A stretch of DNA of 64,000 bases from Gnetum montanum (GCA_015680685.1 MNCI01003051.1:319984-383983), one strand, 5' to 3'; positions 39,351 through 52,401 are shown, counted from the stretch's first letter. Numbers and translations are program-made. Notes: generated from the sequence alone by a model not told the origin.

Positions 39351-39822
39351 ACTACAAATCAAAAGTATCAATGCGATGTTTGCCTGTACAATCACCCCAA
39401 AGGCCAATACCTAATCTTGTCACATCTACATGAGCATTGGGGAAGAATGCTACATTCGGATTTTGTATAGAAGTACTGTGTTCAACCGTAGTGGCAAAAT
39501 CCTCAGTCGTGGGGGAGACCGTCGCCAAACTGGCCTCAACCTTCATATGCCTCGACATCAAGTGCTTATTATGTTCAACACCCTATTTCTCCAACTGGAT
39601 TAACATCCTTTGCTTCACCCAAATCATTTAAATTATTTATTGAAGTCACTTGATCAAATTGGGCCTGACATTAAAAATTTTAGGGGGATTTCCTTGAAAA
39701 TTTCTAACTCTGAAATCACACTAAGCAAGAATTCAAAATTCATTAAAGGCAATGAGTAAGGTATAAGATAATTAAATTTTGTTAAATGACCTTACTAACA
39801 ATTGATCCCACTGTGATTACAG

Positions 39823-42619
39823 ATGATCCCTAAACGAGGACAACATGGATGACCCTCTCAAGGTGCATCCAAATGTCCAAGGAAAGGCAGAGGTCAAAGA
39901 CCTTCCGTACAACATGCAGAAAAGAGGCATAATCATTTAGCATTCATCAAGAAACCCCTGTTACTGTATAATCCAGGCAAGTAGAAGGTGGAGAAGGGAG
40001 GGCACCTGAACAAGGACAATATTTCACGTTGTCCCTAGAATGCATTTAGGAAATTCGGGAAAGGTCCACATCAACTGCAGTGATCGTGGAACTTAATTTT
40101 GGACCTTTTACTGAATTTGCCCCTGAGTTGGTCAAAGATCAACTCAAAGGATCTCCACTATGGCCTGTCCTCTTGAAAAGGAGAATGGTATTTGGGAGAA
40201 ACTTATCAATTTTGGCATAATAAAGAGAAAGGCACCATCATTGACATTGGTGCGGTTTCAGTTGATTTCTCCATGAAGGCCATTGTGGAAGTTCTGAATC
40301 TTCTGAATACAGGGCCCAAAGTTGCTCATCTGTCCACCCACTCTGATGCTGATGCACGAAAAGTATGGCTAAAGAGGATGTATGACAAGGAGGACAAAAC
40401 ATATGGGGAACTCACCCTTGAAGAGAGAATCTATTTCAAAATTGGCATCTATCACATCTTCCCAACGAAGGGACTAAACATAATATCCACCTATGCGGCT
40501 AGAGGAAGCGCAATCTTGATGGGCAAGGTTGATGCCAACTTGCCCCATTTATATCTAACAGAAATATTGAGGCAGTTCAAAGAACACAAGACATGAAAGT
40601 TTGCATTGCCCTTCCCTTGTCTAATCAAGAAGCTATGTTGGCATGTTGGAATTCTGGGGTACACTAATGATGTCCTTAGAAAGGCTCAAAATGCTTCATA
40701 TGCCAAATTAGTAACGCCACTAGCATCAAGAAAAGATGTTGGTGAGACACCAAAGCTTGAATAGGAGTAGACAGTTGGGCCCACTACACCTCAAATAGTA
40801 GGGCCTAGCTAACTTCTGGACACAAGGCCCAGTCAACAATAAGAAGTAGTGCCTAGCACGTAGCCCACAGGATAGCAGGATCAATTGCCACCATTGTTGC
40901 AAGATTACCGAATGTCGATGAGCCATCTCAAGGCCATCGCAGAAATGGTCAGTTGGGGAAGTCGTGATGAAGCCAAACTTTTCAAGGTAATCGACGATGC
41001 TGTACAGCCCACGATCTCAATCGATCATGCACAGGATGAGGTTTCGATACAAATAGAAGGAGGGGAGCCACATTGGTCATAATAGATTTCTAAGAATGCT
41101 GCATCATTTTAAGTACAATTGGAAACTAGTGAAGGTGCCACAGTGGTGATCATACAACACCAGGATGCAGTTGGAGCAGCAGAAGTGGTTGTGGACCATA
41201 TCAAAGAGTCATTTAACGTATTTGTTGTGCCATTAGTAGATCTCACAAGAGCACGTGATGCTCAAGTTCTAGTTGATACCTTGATGACTCTTGCAGAACA
41301 TGAGGATGCTCTGGATTGTTTGCTGCAAATAGGATAAGTAATGACGTCCCTGTTTGACATCCCCCAAGTTGTCATAGCAGCACAATCAGACCTCATTTCT
41401 ATGAAGGGAAATTTGGTCATGGTTGAGGTTAGGGCCGAACATGTAGAAAATGAGTTGAGAAGACTCCAGGAGAAGTTTGTTGCCCTACAAGCTACATAGC
41501 AGGATCTATCCCAACTTATTCTAGCCGACCAGCTAGAATTATTTAGGATAGAGCAATTGAATAAATTATTAGAGGATAATAAAAGGGTAGCAATGGAAAA
41601 AGTGAAGGCGGATTGGGATGCTTCAAAAGCATAGGCTCAAACATATGCATATGCAAAAGCACTCAAAGCCTTACAGGAAGGAAATAAGCTCCTTGTTGCC
41701 AAAAATCTTTGGTTGATAACAATTGAAAAACAAAAGAATGTTCTCAAGGAAAATTTTTAGCAAATGCAACAACAACTAATAAGGGTCAACTAAGACATGA
41801 ATCGCTTAGCTAGAGAGAACAGGATCCTCTCAATGGAGGAGGTACGTGCCATTTGTTAGAAGATGACCATTAAAATAAGCACATGGAAAAATGATGTTAA
41901 GTGACATGAAAAATTGAAGGAGCATTTCTAGACTATGTGGGGATGTATAAGCAGATCATTGAAAAAGAAATCCATATGGCTAAGACCCACATCAATTCTT
42001 TTAGTGCTTAAAACACTGATTGGCAGGCCATATTGGACACTTACGCCTTCGCCCACCAAGCAAAATTAAAGAGTCGAGACTTGCAGATCTTGGATCTCAC
42101 TGAATACATGGAGTTGGCAAACCTGCAATATGCCATCTTGGTCATGTTAATAGTAGGATGCTTGAGGACCAAGTTGGAAAAGTAGGTAGCTACCACCTAC
42201 GCCAAATATGAAGCAGAATTTGCTAAACACAAAAAGACACTACAAAAATTGGAGGTAGTAAATTCTAAGTCAAAGGTGGTAAAAGCTAGCTACCAAAGTT
42301 AGAAAGATGTTATAGTAGATTTGGCTTGACGTCTCATAGATTATCAAGAATTAGAGACAAATCCAGAGCCTACAAGGGGGACTGATGACTATTTGTGGCT
42401 TGGTACATCAAAACCAATTAGATGTTTCCGCAACTACCATGTCCATGGAAGGTGTCGACTCCATCAAATATTGGAACATCAACATGGATGGCACATGATC
42501 CCTGAATAGAGAAAGAAAAGCTTTAGGCGCTCCTTCAGAGGTATTCATTTCCAAAGCCTGGAGCACAAGATAAGAGGAAGAAGCCCATGGAGGAGCCATT
42601 GCCACCAAGAACCACATGA
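39823..42619 (+). pseudogene. Accessory ORF of element C (about 930 codons, degenerate): basic N-terminus, ATHILA-ORF/Transposase_32-like domain, long coiled coil
   Basis: ctaac...gattacag|ATG; VDFSMKAIVEVLNLLNTG; GKVDANLPHLYLTEI..ALPFPCLIKKLC; heptad-rich 41400-42350. Confidence 0.8.
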
Positions 42620-42807
42620 GTTCCAACAATTTTGTGTTATATATTTTGTGTTGGTGTCCTGATTTTGTATTCTGTTAAGTCCCACACTATGGCATAAAGA
42701 AATCCATAGTTAGTCCATAATCCCATATCTATCCATTGTGTAATTAAATGAGCTTGTTCCTCATTTTGTTTGACTTAGGGATAGTTTTTTATTTAGTCAT
42801 GGGGGTA

Positions 42808-43671
42808 TGATGAATTGCGGTTTGCTAGGCCCTGATATCAGGTACACGATATTGGGTACGTGATACCATAGCCTGGATATGATATCGTCTACACAATATC
42901 ATGATTCTTGTTTTAGCCTATAAATATAACATTTAGGTGCATAGGGAAGGAGGAATCGGTAAGTCTTTAGGGTCGAGTCCTTTTGTCAATTTTTAGTTGA
43001 TTTTCAGTTCCTTTTCCAAGTGCATGCTCACAGTGTGATGCTTGTAATTGTACGGAACCTTTGTTCTAGTGTGACGTACTTGGACACGCACACAATTGGC
43101 AATAAAGATCGAGATTACTTCATTGTTGCAGCATTCACTTAATTTCTAATTATTTAATTGTTGATTATTATTTATTATTTTCTTAGTTAATATTTCTTTA
43201 TTGTCATTGACTATTTCTATTGATAATGCGAAATGGGTACATCTTAATCACGAGCATTAAAGTGTAACTACATGGTAACCCAATAGTGTATCCAGTAGTG
43301 CTTCAAGTGATGTGCACTTGGTAATCTTAGAAGTAGTACATGAAGTCCAAGATGCGTACAAATGATTAAGGATAGATGCTCATCGCACTTAGGCTAGCTT
43401 AGATCTTACTTCATATTGCTTATTAGCTTAATCAAGATTATTTCTCATTGTCTTTAGGAGTAGCATAGTGTTAGGAATCACATCATACACCTCACTTTGG
43501 AGTAAACCATACATGACAAAGCAAATACTAGTCTAGGTGGGAAGACAATGAACTGTGATCAACGTATCACTATCTAGGTGCCACAACTAGTCCGTTTGAG
43601 GAGTTCGACCAAATCATGCGTACACGCTTGTATTTGTATGGTTGAGCATAGGGGTACCTCACTGCTGATCA
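42808..43671 (+). repeat. 3' LTR of element C
   Basis: TGATGA...TGATCA, follows the PPT, followed by the TSD. Confidence 0.93.
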
Positions 43672-43899
43672 ACCTTATTAAATTGAGTAAAATTTAACAT
43701 GGGATTAGATCAAGGGAAAGGTAAAAAGCAAGACCAAGAAAGGGTTCCATGAAGAAGAAGAAAGATGAGAATATAGATCACCTTACAAATTCCATATATA
43801 ATATGTCATTAAAGGAGGAAGATAATAACTTCCTAGGATCTTTGGTAAATAAATTATCGTAAAAGATACATAGAAGTTTATAATGAAGAATACATGACT

Positions 43900-46800
43900 T
43901 AGGCATAAAGAATGTAAATAATTCTATGAGCAAGTCGAGTGTGGCATGTAGTATCCAATTTGAATTTTAGACTTTATAATGATTTAGAAAAAGAAACAAA
44001 ATGATATGGGCTTAAGTGTTTTGTTTACAAGTGTTTTCAAGGAAGTATCTCACTTGATTTATAGTATAGAAATAACAACAAAAATCTAGAGGTATCTATA
44101 TCAAATGTTTGGTAGCCTAGACCAAACTAGGAAGGACGACTTTTTCGTAAGCTAAGAATAATGAAAATGGGGACAAATAAAAAATTGAAAAATTTTATCA
44201 AGGATATGAAATTGATTATACTTGAACTAGAATTTGGAGGTGAGAAAGTTAAAGATGAAGAGAGAATATGTTGCCTAGTAAAGACATAACTTAAACAATA
44301 CAAAGCCTTTACTCAACCTTTGGATGCACTTGGAGAAAGACTAAACTTTTCAACCTTGATTGCCCAACTCCAATTATAGGAAATCATCATGGAGGTTGAG
44401 TAGAAAATGGATATCACAGAACATGTCATGTATACTCTAAGAAATAAATAAATAAGGATGACAATGGATACCTAAATTATTTAATAGAAGGAATTGGGAA
44501 CAAATATCTCCTAATGAAATAAGGGGGCAAAAAGGCTATTTCATATATGGTAGAAAGAGTCATGAACTTATGGATTATTGGGTTAATCTAAAATATCCTA
44601 GATCTATTGTAGTCGAGAAAGGATTTATGAAGAGAAGAATGGATAGATAGAATCAACAAAAAAATGATAATAATAGTAACTATCAAATGAATGAAGCTAA
44701 TCTACTAGAGGATGAAGTTGTCTCCATACTAAAAGATATTACAATCCAAGATTCAATTATGAAAGTTGAACACAATACATGGTATATAGACTTTCATTGT
44801 TCAAGCCATTTATTTAGGAATTAAAATTTATTTCAGAACTTATGTATTGTTAATGCTGAAGAAGCCACTTCACCGATTGAAGTTATTTATACGTACAAGG
44901 GAATTAGTGACATTAGTATGAAGATTGCCAATCAATCCGTCCAAACTATGAATGTATATTATACACAACCTTAAAAGGACATAATCTTCTTTTAGTCTTT
45001 GAATTGGTGAAATTTGGACATAAGGTTGCTTTTGAACAAGATCAAAAGAAAAATGCAAGATGCACTATATTGGAAGATAGAACCCAAAGGAAGTTAGCAG
45101 AAAGAAAAGAAACAAATGGTGTATTTAAGTTGCACCCTACATGAGAGGTGATCTATGTTATGACTCACAAAACTAATGAGAATAAATTATGGCCTGCAAG
45201 ACTTGGACACATGAATAAAAGCTACATGCAGATATTGCAATATGCCTCAATAGGCTTTCTCCATTTGAACTTAAATTGGGAGATGTTTTGCAACTCTTAT
45301 GCTATAGGAAAACAAACAAGATTAAATTTTTCTTCGATATGAAGAATAATAGCTAAATCAAATTTAGAGATTATACACTCTAATGTTGGCTTCTATGGAA
45401 ATGTAACTTCATTAGGAGGAACTAAGTACTTTGTGACCTATATTGATGATTTCACTTATAAAGTATGGATATATATTATTTAGTCCAATATATATTATTT
45501 AAGACCTTTAAGGAATTTAAGACCTTGGTGGCAACAACAATCTGATTTCCCCATCATGAAGTTACGAATTGATAATGGAACAAAGTACGCAAGTAGAGAG
45601 TTTTCAAAATGCCTTAAGAAAAAAGGAATGATTCATATGAAAACTACTCATTGTTCAAAACAAAAATGCCTTAAGAAAAAAGGAATTATTCATATGAAAA
45701 CTGCTCCTTATTGTTCAAAACAAAAGAGAGTTGTGGAGGAAAAGAACAGAACCATTGGAAAGATGATGCAATGAACGTTGGCTTAATTTCAACTTGATAA
45801 TGCCTTTTGGGGAGAAGCATAAGGATTGTCATTCATATTATTAATAGGTATTCCATAATGTATTTACGGTTTTCTTGTCCAAATACTATTTCAAATGGTT
45901 GTAAGCCTAAACTTACTCATCTACATGTGTCTGGGTGTTGAGTCTACTACCATGTACCATTGATAACTAGTTTTAGTCCTAAGGTAATAGAAAGATACTT
46001 TGTAAGATATAGAATTCATAAGAAAGAATATTGTATTTGGTATCTAGAACTTGAGAAGATGGTTGTTAGAAAGGATGTAACTTTCAATGAAGAAGAATTA
46101 TTAGAAGAAAGGAAAACCTATGAAATTGGAGAACATAATTCATATGAAGATATGATTGATGAAAACAATTCCAAATCAAAATATTAAGATCAAGACTATG
46201 ATTTTCAAGAAACATTTATGAACTAAAATGAATAGCAAAAACTAAAGCTATTCCTAAGGACACTCATTAAGAAAGCTAAAAGTTAGTACCGGTCCTTAGA
46301 ACCAGAATTAATTAGATGATGGAATAAAATGCTTGAACTCTTTAATGACAAGTATTAAATGTACTTCCGAGTGTAGAATCTAAGGAAGTAAATCCAAGGG
46401 TGGAGACAAGGAACACATGAATCCTTGGATGCGGACATGGATAGATATTATTCTTTGTTTCATAGGTGCCTAGGCCATGGATTTTCTCAACAAGAGCAAC
46501 CCTACCATATCATAGATGGACTCTAGACAGAAATGAGAACTCTTGGGGTCAATGCTGAAAGGAGACTTTTAGAACTAAGGGTCCATCAGATCCAAAGGAT
46601 GATTGAGCAAGTGGCCAAAGAAGAAGGTAAGTTGAGAAAAAGGGAATGTGCTAAGAAGTACAACTAGAACCCTTCCATTTGAAAAAGGGAAGTTCAATTT
46701 TGTGACAACGAGGACGAGGCACCACTTGATGAAGTGGTGCAACGTAAAACCTTGCTGATCCAAAAATTTGTTTATGAAATATCAACCAAGGTAGACAAAA

Positions 46801-47490
46801 TGTGGGCTTCTTTAGATGAAAATTCTAAACTACTCTTTGAATCGTAGAAGAGTCCAAAGAAAAAGGTAGTGGTTGTGATCAAAGGAGAATGAAAGAACTT
46901 GAACGTGCTAGCACATCAATGTCCACAAATGAAGATTATCCTACACGTGATATGAGTGCTGATGATGAAAAAGAAAATATAGTACTAAAAAAGTCCAAAG
47001 AATGGGATCAAACCATTAAGAGTGCAAGTGACTAGGAAAATTTAGATGTAAATGAGCCAAGACTTACAAGAAGTCAATAGTAGGAACTATGTGGTAATGA
47101 TATCATTGCTAATGTTACAATGCCAAGTAAAGAAATTCCCAAGAGTGTGGTAGAGGCATTTACTATTGATCACTGGAAGAAGGCAATGGAGGCTGAAATT
47201 GTCATGATAGAAAAGAGAGAAGTTTGGGAGTTAGTTCCATGTCCTAAAAATCATCAACCTATTAAAAACCAGTGGGATTTTATGACTAAGCTTAAGGAGG
47301 ATGGAACATTGGACAAATACAAGGTTGGACTAGAGGCTAAAGGTCTTTCCCTAGGTATAGATTTTGAGGAGACATTTACGTCCACTACTTGTATGGTCAT
47401 CTTTCGAATAATAATCTCCTTATCTGCCAAAATAAAATGGAAAATTTGTCAAATTGATGTTCAGTTAACTTTTTATATATAGAATTACAA
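43900..47490 (+). mobile_element. Highly decayed Ty1/copia element (gag, PR, IN, start of RT)
   Basis: WYIDFHCSSH (PR), LWPARLGH, YFVTYIDDF, LRIDNGTKY, RKDVTFNE, WKKAMEAEI..WELV..GIDFEETF..QIDV; order IN before RT; LTRs not resolved. Confidence 0.88.
46230..46860 (+). pseudogene. Athila-type gag fragment embedded in the copia IN-RT linker
   Basis: Collinear with about 38610-39200 (KLKLF..WRQGTHESL..CLGHGF). Confidence 0.75.
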
Positions 47491-48477
47491 GGAGAAATAT
47501 ATATAGAGTAATTAGGATTTTTAAGAGAAGAAAAGTTAGTATGCAAGTTATGATAAATAATTTGTGGGTTGGCATTGGGTCATTCATGCTAGGTGGAATT
47601 CTTTTTTTTTTCCTACATGTTAACCTAGGTAATTCTTGATGGGGTAACATACCCTAGATGTAAGGTCATTTATACATAAGCAATCAATGTTGATTATTTG
47701 TAAATAGACACTATATTTTGATACCCAATTTGAAGAATATTCTAAGTTCAATGTTTTGTTAAGCTATTTAATGTTTTATTAATTTTTTAGAGTAGAGCAA
47801 CAAATTGTTAGTCTTCTTGGTCTTATTAAGTATATGGAACCTATGTCCACACTATTTGATTCTTGTAGATGTTTTTTCTTTGTTGAAATCAATTTTTTAA
47901 CTATAAAAAAGGACTTGGTATTGCAAGTAGGTGAGAAGATTTACTTTTAATTAATTACATATTATAAATTTTTTAATTCTTGTAACCTTTTTCATCATCA
48001 TGAACATGTGTTTAATATTTTTCCTTTATTATTCAAGAAAAAAGATGTTGAGGAAAAGAGAATATGTTGAAGTTGAGGATTAAAAAAATAATTTGAATTA
48101 TACAAAATTTAAAGTTAATGTTAATAATAAGAATGATCAAATGACAATAATAAATCAAAGAAGATAGAAGCTTTTGTAAATATTTTTACATTTACTATAG
48201 GAAGTATTGGTTAGTTTGGATAGATAGCTTATAAGGAAAATTTTCTTCATCTAAAAGGAATATTGTTAACTCAAAGAATAAAACTAATGTTGACAAGATG
48301 ATTAAACTATTGGTAAACATTTGTTATGTAAGGTTAATAAAAAGTGACGAGATGATGATGATGAATTTGAGTTATCATTTTGGGTGACTCTAGCTTTTTT
48401 ATAAATATTGTTATTTTGTTTGTTGCTACATCAAATCCTTTTGTTATTTTAGTTTAAGAATGGATGTTGAAAGTGAG

Positions 48478-49174
48478 TGGTGAGTGGCGAGGTACCCCTA
48501 CACTCAACCATACGAATATGAGCGTTTCACGTGCGATCCAGTTGAACTCCACAGATGGACTATTTGTGGTTATTCTTAGGTCGTAGTTCGCTGTCTTCCC
48601 ACCTGGACTAGTATTAGCTTGTCACATATGGTTTAGTCCAGAGTGAGGTGTATGATGTGTTTCTATACTAATTCTACACCTGGAGACAATGGAAAATAAT
48701 ATTAACTAAGCTAAGAGAGAGGGTGAGAGAGAATCTAAGCTAGCCTAAGTGCGATGAGCATCCGTCTCTCAATCATTTGTACACATATTGGACCTCATGC
48801 ACGACTACCACTGGGATTACCAAGCGCAGATCCTAGGTACGCTACTGGGTTACCAAGTAGTCACACTTAAATGCTCGTGATCAAGTTGTACTCATTCCAC
48901 GTTACTAGGAGATAAGGGTGAGAGATATTAACTAAGAAAGCAGTAAACAACAATTAAATAATTAATTAATTAAACTAAGTGAATGCTACAATGATGAANN
49001 NNNNNNNNNNNNNNNNNNNNNNNNNNNNNNNNNNNNNNNNNNNNNNNNNNNNACAGGGAAAGCCACCTCTTATTTATAGACATTGTGGCGGGCCGCGATA
49101 TCGCGGCTGCTGCGATATCGCGACTGCTGCGATATCACGACAACGATATCACAGCGCAAATTCATGACTCATCA
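48478..49174 (-). mobile_element. Solo LTR of the element A/C family; an internal N-gap could hide more sequence
   Basis: Reverse complement of the LTR at 2971-3921; flanks GTGAG and GTGAT (5-bp TSD, 1 mismatch). Confidence 0.85.
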
Positions 49175-50397
49175 GTGATTTAAATGTTGTTAGGACTAAA
49201 ATCATCCTACCTACTAATAATTAATTTTCTTCTTTTGATTTTTCAAAGCATCAATTGTAAGGTTATACACCTGAGTAGACATCCTTAAAATTGGAAAGGT
49301 TTTTCTTTCTATGTTGTTTTTGATGTTTTCTAGTTAGTGTCAAGCATGTGATGTACTCTACACTTTTTGATTATTATTAATATTTTATTTGAGGTTTGAA
49401 AACCCCCCACTAGTGGCTTGATAGAATATCACATGGGTGGAAGGACTGTTGGGGGGTTTGATTTCCATCCTTCACATGCTTGTCAAGTTTCAGAAAAAAG
49501 GAAAATAATTAAACTTCGACCAATCTAAATTTAGAGTAGTTTTTCATTGGTGGTTTTTACCAGTTTATCTTGTCATAGGGTATAATGAAATTTATATAAC
49601 ATTTGGAATGAGTAAAGACAATTGGATAATATTTTATTTCTATCAAATTTTATTAAATGTTAAGTGGTGTATTATGCTTATATAGGAGGTGATTGACCGT
49701 TCTGTTTGTAGTTAGGTTGGCTAAACTTTCATTTTTCTTTTAAATGATTCATGCCAATTAATTAAAATATGATTTTAGGTACTACAAAGAAAACATATGG
49801 TTGTGAAAATGGAGCTAGATGTAATGGTAGATTTTTAAGAGTCTTGTAGGTTGTGACATTGAAATTATTCAAAATACAATAGTATAAATATTTTCAAAGT
49901 TTACCAAATATGTTCAGTAAGCAAATAGTTTGAACCATTTAATGGTTTACGCATCTAATGGAAGACATACCATCTAGCCATGAGGGCCCTTCATGTAATG
50001 TAAGGGGGATCTAGGAGATCGTCTTGAGTAAAATAGAATATTACATGAATAACACATGTGGAGTTGATCTAGTTGTAGCTACAAAAACTAGAACTAGATC
50101 TAAAGCTATAGGGTTTTTATTTCTGGTCAGTCCAAACATTGCTCAAGAAGGTATGAAATAGGTAAAGAAAAAAATGCATTAAAGGTATGACCATTGATTT
50201 TAACATCAAATTTTAAAGATAAATATTATTATTTCTCAAATAAGAAACCTTATGGGTAATAGATAAAACAAACTTCGCCAAATGGGATTTAATATGACGA
50301 TGATTATATATCCTTACAATAGAATATTAATTATGAATAATGATGTTCCTTCCCAAAATTTGAGGAAGAAATTTGGCATGCTACTAAGAATTAGCTT

Positions 50398-50809
50398 ATA
50401 TATATATATAAAAATTGGCTGAGATGATTTTAAAGAAGATGATGTTAACCAAACCCGACTATTGGATGAGGTAACAAGATAACTAAAAATGGAATCACTC
50501 ATCGCTCCTCTGTTTTTCTACCACCTACCCAATTTAGCTTTACTCTCTCAATCAAGTTTGCTTTGTCTTTGTTTGTTCATGGCATTTTTGAGAAATAAAT
50601 ATCTCGCATAAATAATGCTCAGAAATGCCATGAACAAACAAAGACAGAGTAAACTTGACCGAGAGGATAAAACTAAATTGGATAGGTGGTAGAGAAATAG
50701 AGGAGGGATGAGTGATTCTGTTTTTAGTTATCTTGTTACCTTGTCCAGTAGTCGAGTTTGGTTAACATCATCTTCTTTAAAATCATCTCGGCCAATTAAT
50801 ATATATATA
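50398..50809. repeat. Long inverted repeat (foldback/MITE-like), arms about 190 bp, loop about 25 nt, (TA)n at both ends
   Basis: 50413-50592 is the reverse complement of 50618-50797 with scattered transitions. Confidence 0.92.
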
Positions 50810-51179
50810 AAAGCTAGTGGAGTGGTTTCGTGAGTTATGAGTAGAATTTAATTATTTTTTAAAGCAAAAAATCACATTCAAAGAAGATGAAGACATTTAG
50901 TATGTTTAGAGATTTTCCAAATTGCAAATGCTTGCAGCTTCTAGCTTCGAGCCTCTTAGGTCATACTGATACAAAAATGAATCATAAAATATAGGTATGT
51001 TGAAATTCTAACACGGGCAATTTCAAAGTAAAATTATTACAAATGCTTTCATACGCTACCAAGCTAAATGCAGATTTTCAAAAGTTGCTTGATGATACTA
51101 TGACAAGATGCGTGCATGAAATTTTTGATGTAGCTAAACATAACTAATCAGATTTATTGATCATTATTAAAAACTAGTT

Positions 51180-51250
51180 GGGCATTTGGTCTAGTGATAT
51201 GATGTTGCTTTGGGTGTGAGAAGTCTTTAGTTTAATTCTTGGAATGCCCT
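51180..51250 (+). pseudogene. tRNA-Pro(TGG)-derived pseudogene or SINE head
   Basis: gggcatttggtctagt..gctttgggtg..gtttaattcttggaatgccc resembles plant tRNA-Pro, with damaged A/B boxes. Confidence 0.8.
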
Positions 51251-51259
51251 TGTGGGTTT

Positions 51260-51630
51260 TGCAATTTAAATATGAAAATAATATCTAACTCAACTATTTC
51301 ACTTCTACATTTTTTTTAAATATCAAAATAATATCTAACTCAACTATTTCACTTCTACATTTTTTTCGTTAAATAAACAATTGCAATTTAAATATTGAAA
51401 TAACACCTAAACATATTCAATGCTACATTTTTTCATTAATCAAACAATTGCAATTTAAATGTTGAAACAACACCTAAATCATACATCTTTGATGCTACAT
51501 TTTTTTGTTAAACAAACAAAATATCGATGCTACATTTTCTATTAATGCTACATATTTTTGGTTAAACAAACAACTACAATTTAAATTTCAAAGTAACACC
51601 TAAATCATATATCTTCAATGCTACATTGTT
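51260..51630. repeat. Degenerate AT-rich tandem array (units of about 50-70 bp: gcaatttaaat, aacacctaaa, ctacatttttt)
   Basis: Recurrent motifs, including an exact repeat of about 40 bp at about 51276 and 51326. Confidence 0.7.
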
Positions 51631-52401
51631 CAATAAATACTTCTATTTTAGACTAATTACAACTATTTTACTAATTTTTACTTAAAACCATGAACGTGGG
51701 TTCTATTGCATCTTTATTTCATGCAATATTTCTTAGATTATCACTTAGCTTTCTAATTGTTCTCATGTTTAGTCCACCAAGATACATCAAGGAGACTCCA
51801 TGCAATGCTTCTTAGTACTGAATGATTAATAAATGGATGTGACAGAAAATGTGAATGCTTTCATAGATGTTGAATATCACAAAAAGAGAGAAAAAAATAG
51901 ATAAATAGTGTAACTTAGAGTGACTTCTATATAACGGGTAGGTTTGATGGTTTGATGGTTTGGACATGTAAAGAAGATTAGACTATGAGCTTATAAAAAA
52001 AGTTGCTACATCATTGATAAATACTTCAGTTTAGTGCTTAATGAGAGATGGTTCTCTTTGAATATAAGGGTTGTTTCTTGATTACCCATGTTTTGTGGAC
52101 TTTTAAAAAAACTTTTTTTTTTCTTAAACATGTTTTCAAGGTGGAATAGGTTTCAAATAAGGCATTGATTTAGTCAGAATTTAGCTCCCTTTTCTACAGC
52201 CGATTTCACATGGCAAAGAAAAATATTTGATGCTTTTACAGGTTTGTAAGAACTTCTCAGTATCTTTTGAACAAGAGGTTTTGCTGGATAAAGGATAGAG
52301 GATAGAAAATAACAATTGAGATTAGACAGACAACTGAGTTAATCTTTTTTTTTTTACCTTAAATTAGTATGACTCCAATAGAAAACCGTGACAAGAAATA
52401 A

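Larger units (their letters stand above)
36983..43671 (+). mobile_element. Complete non-autonomous Athila-like LTR element (element C): LTR, PBS, gag, no pol, accessory ORF, PPT, LTR
   Basis: Perfect 5-bp TSD ACCTT (36978-36982 and 43672-43676); LTRs 36983-37807 and 42808-43671; PPT catgggggta at 42798-42807. Confidence 0.95.

Noticed and set aside
45606-45725. About 57-bp duplication in the copia integrase
   Set aside because: Ordinary decay of a dead element
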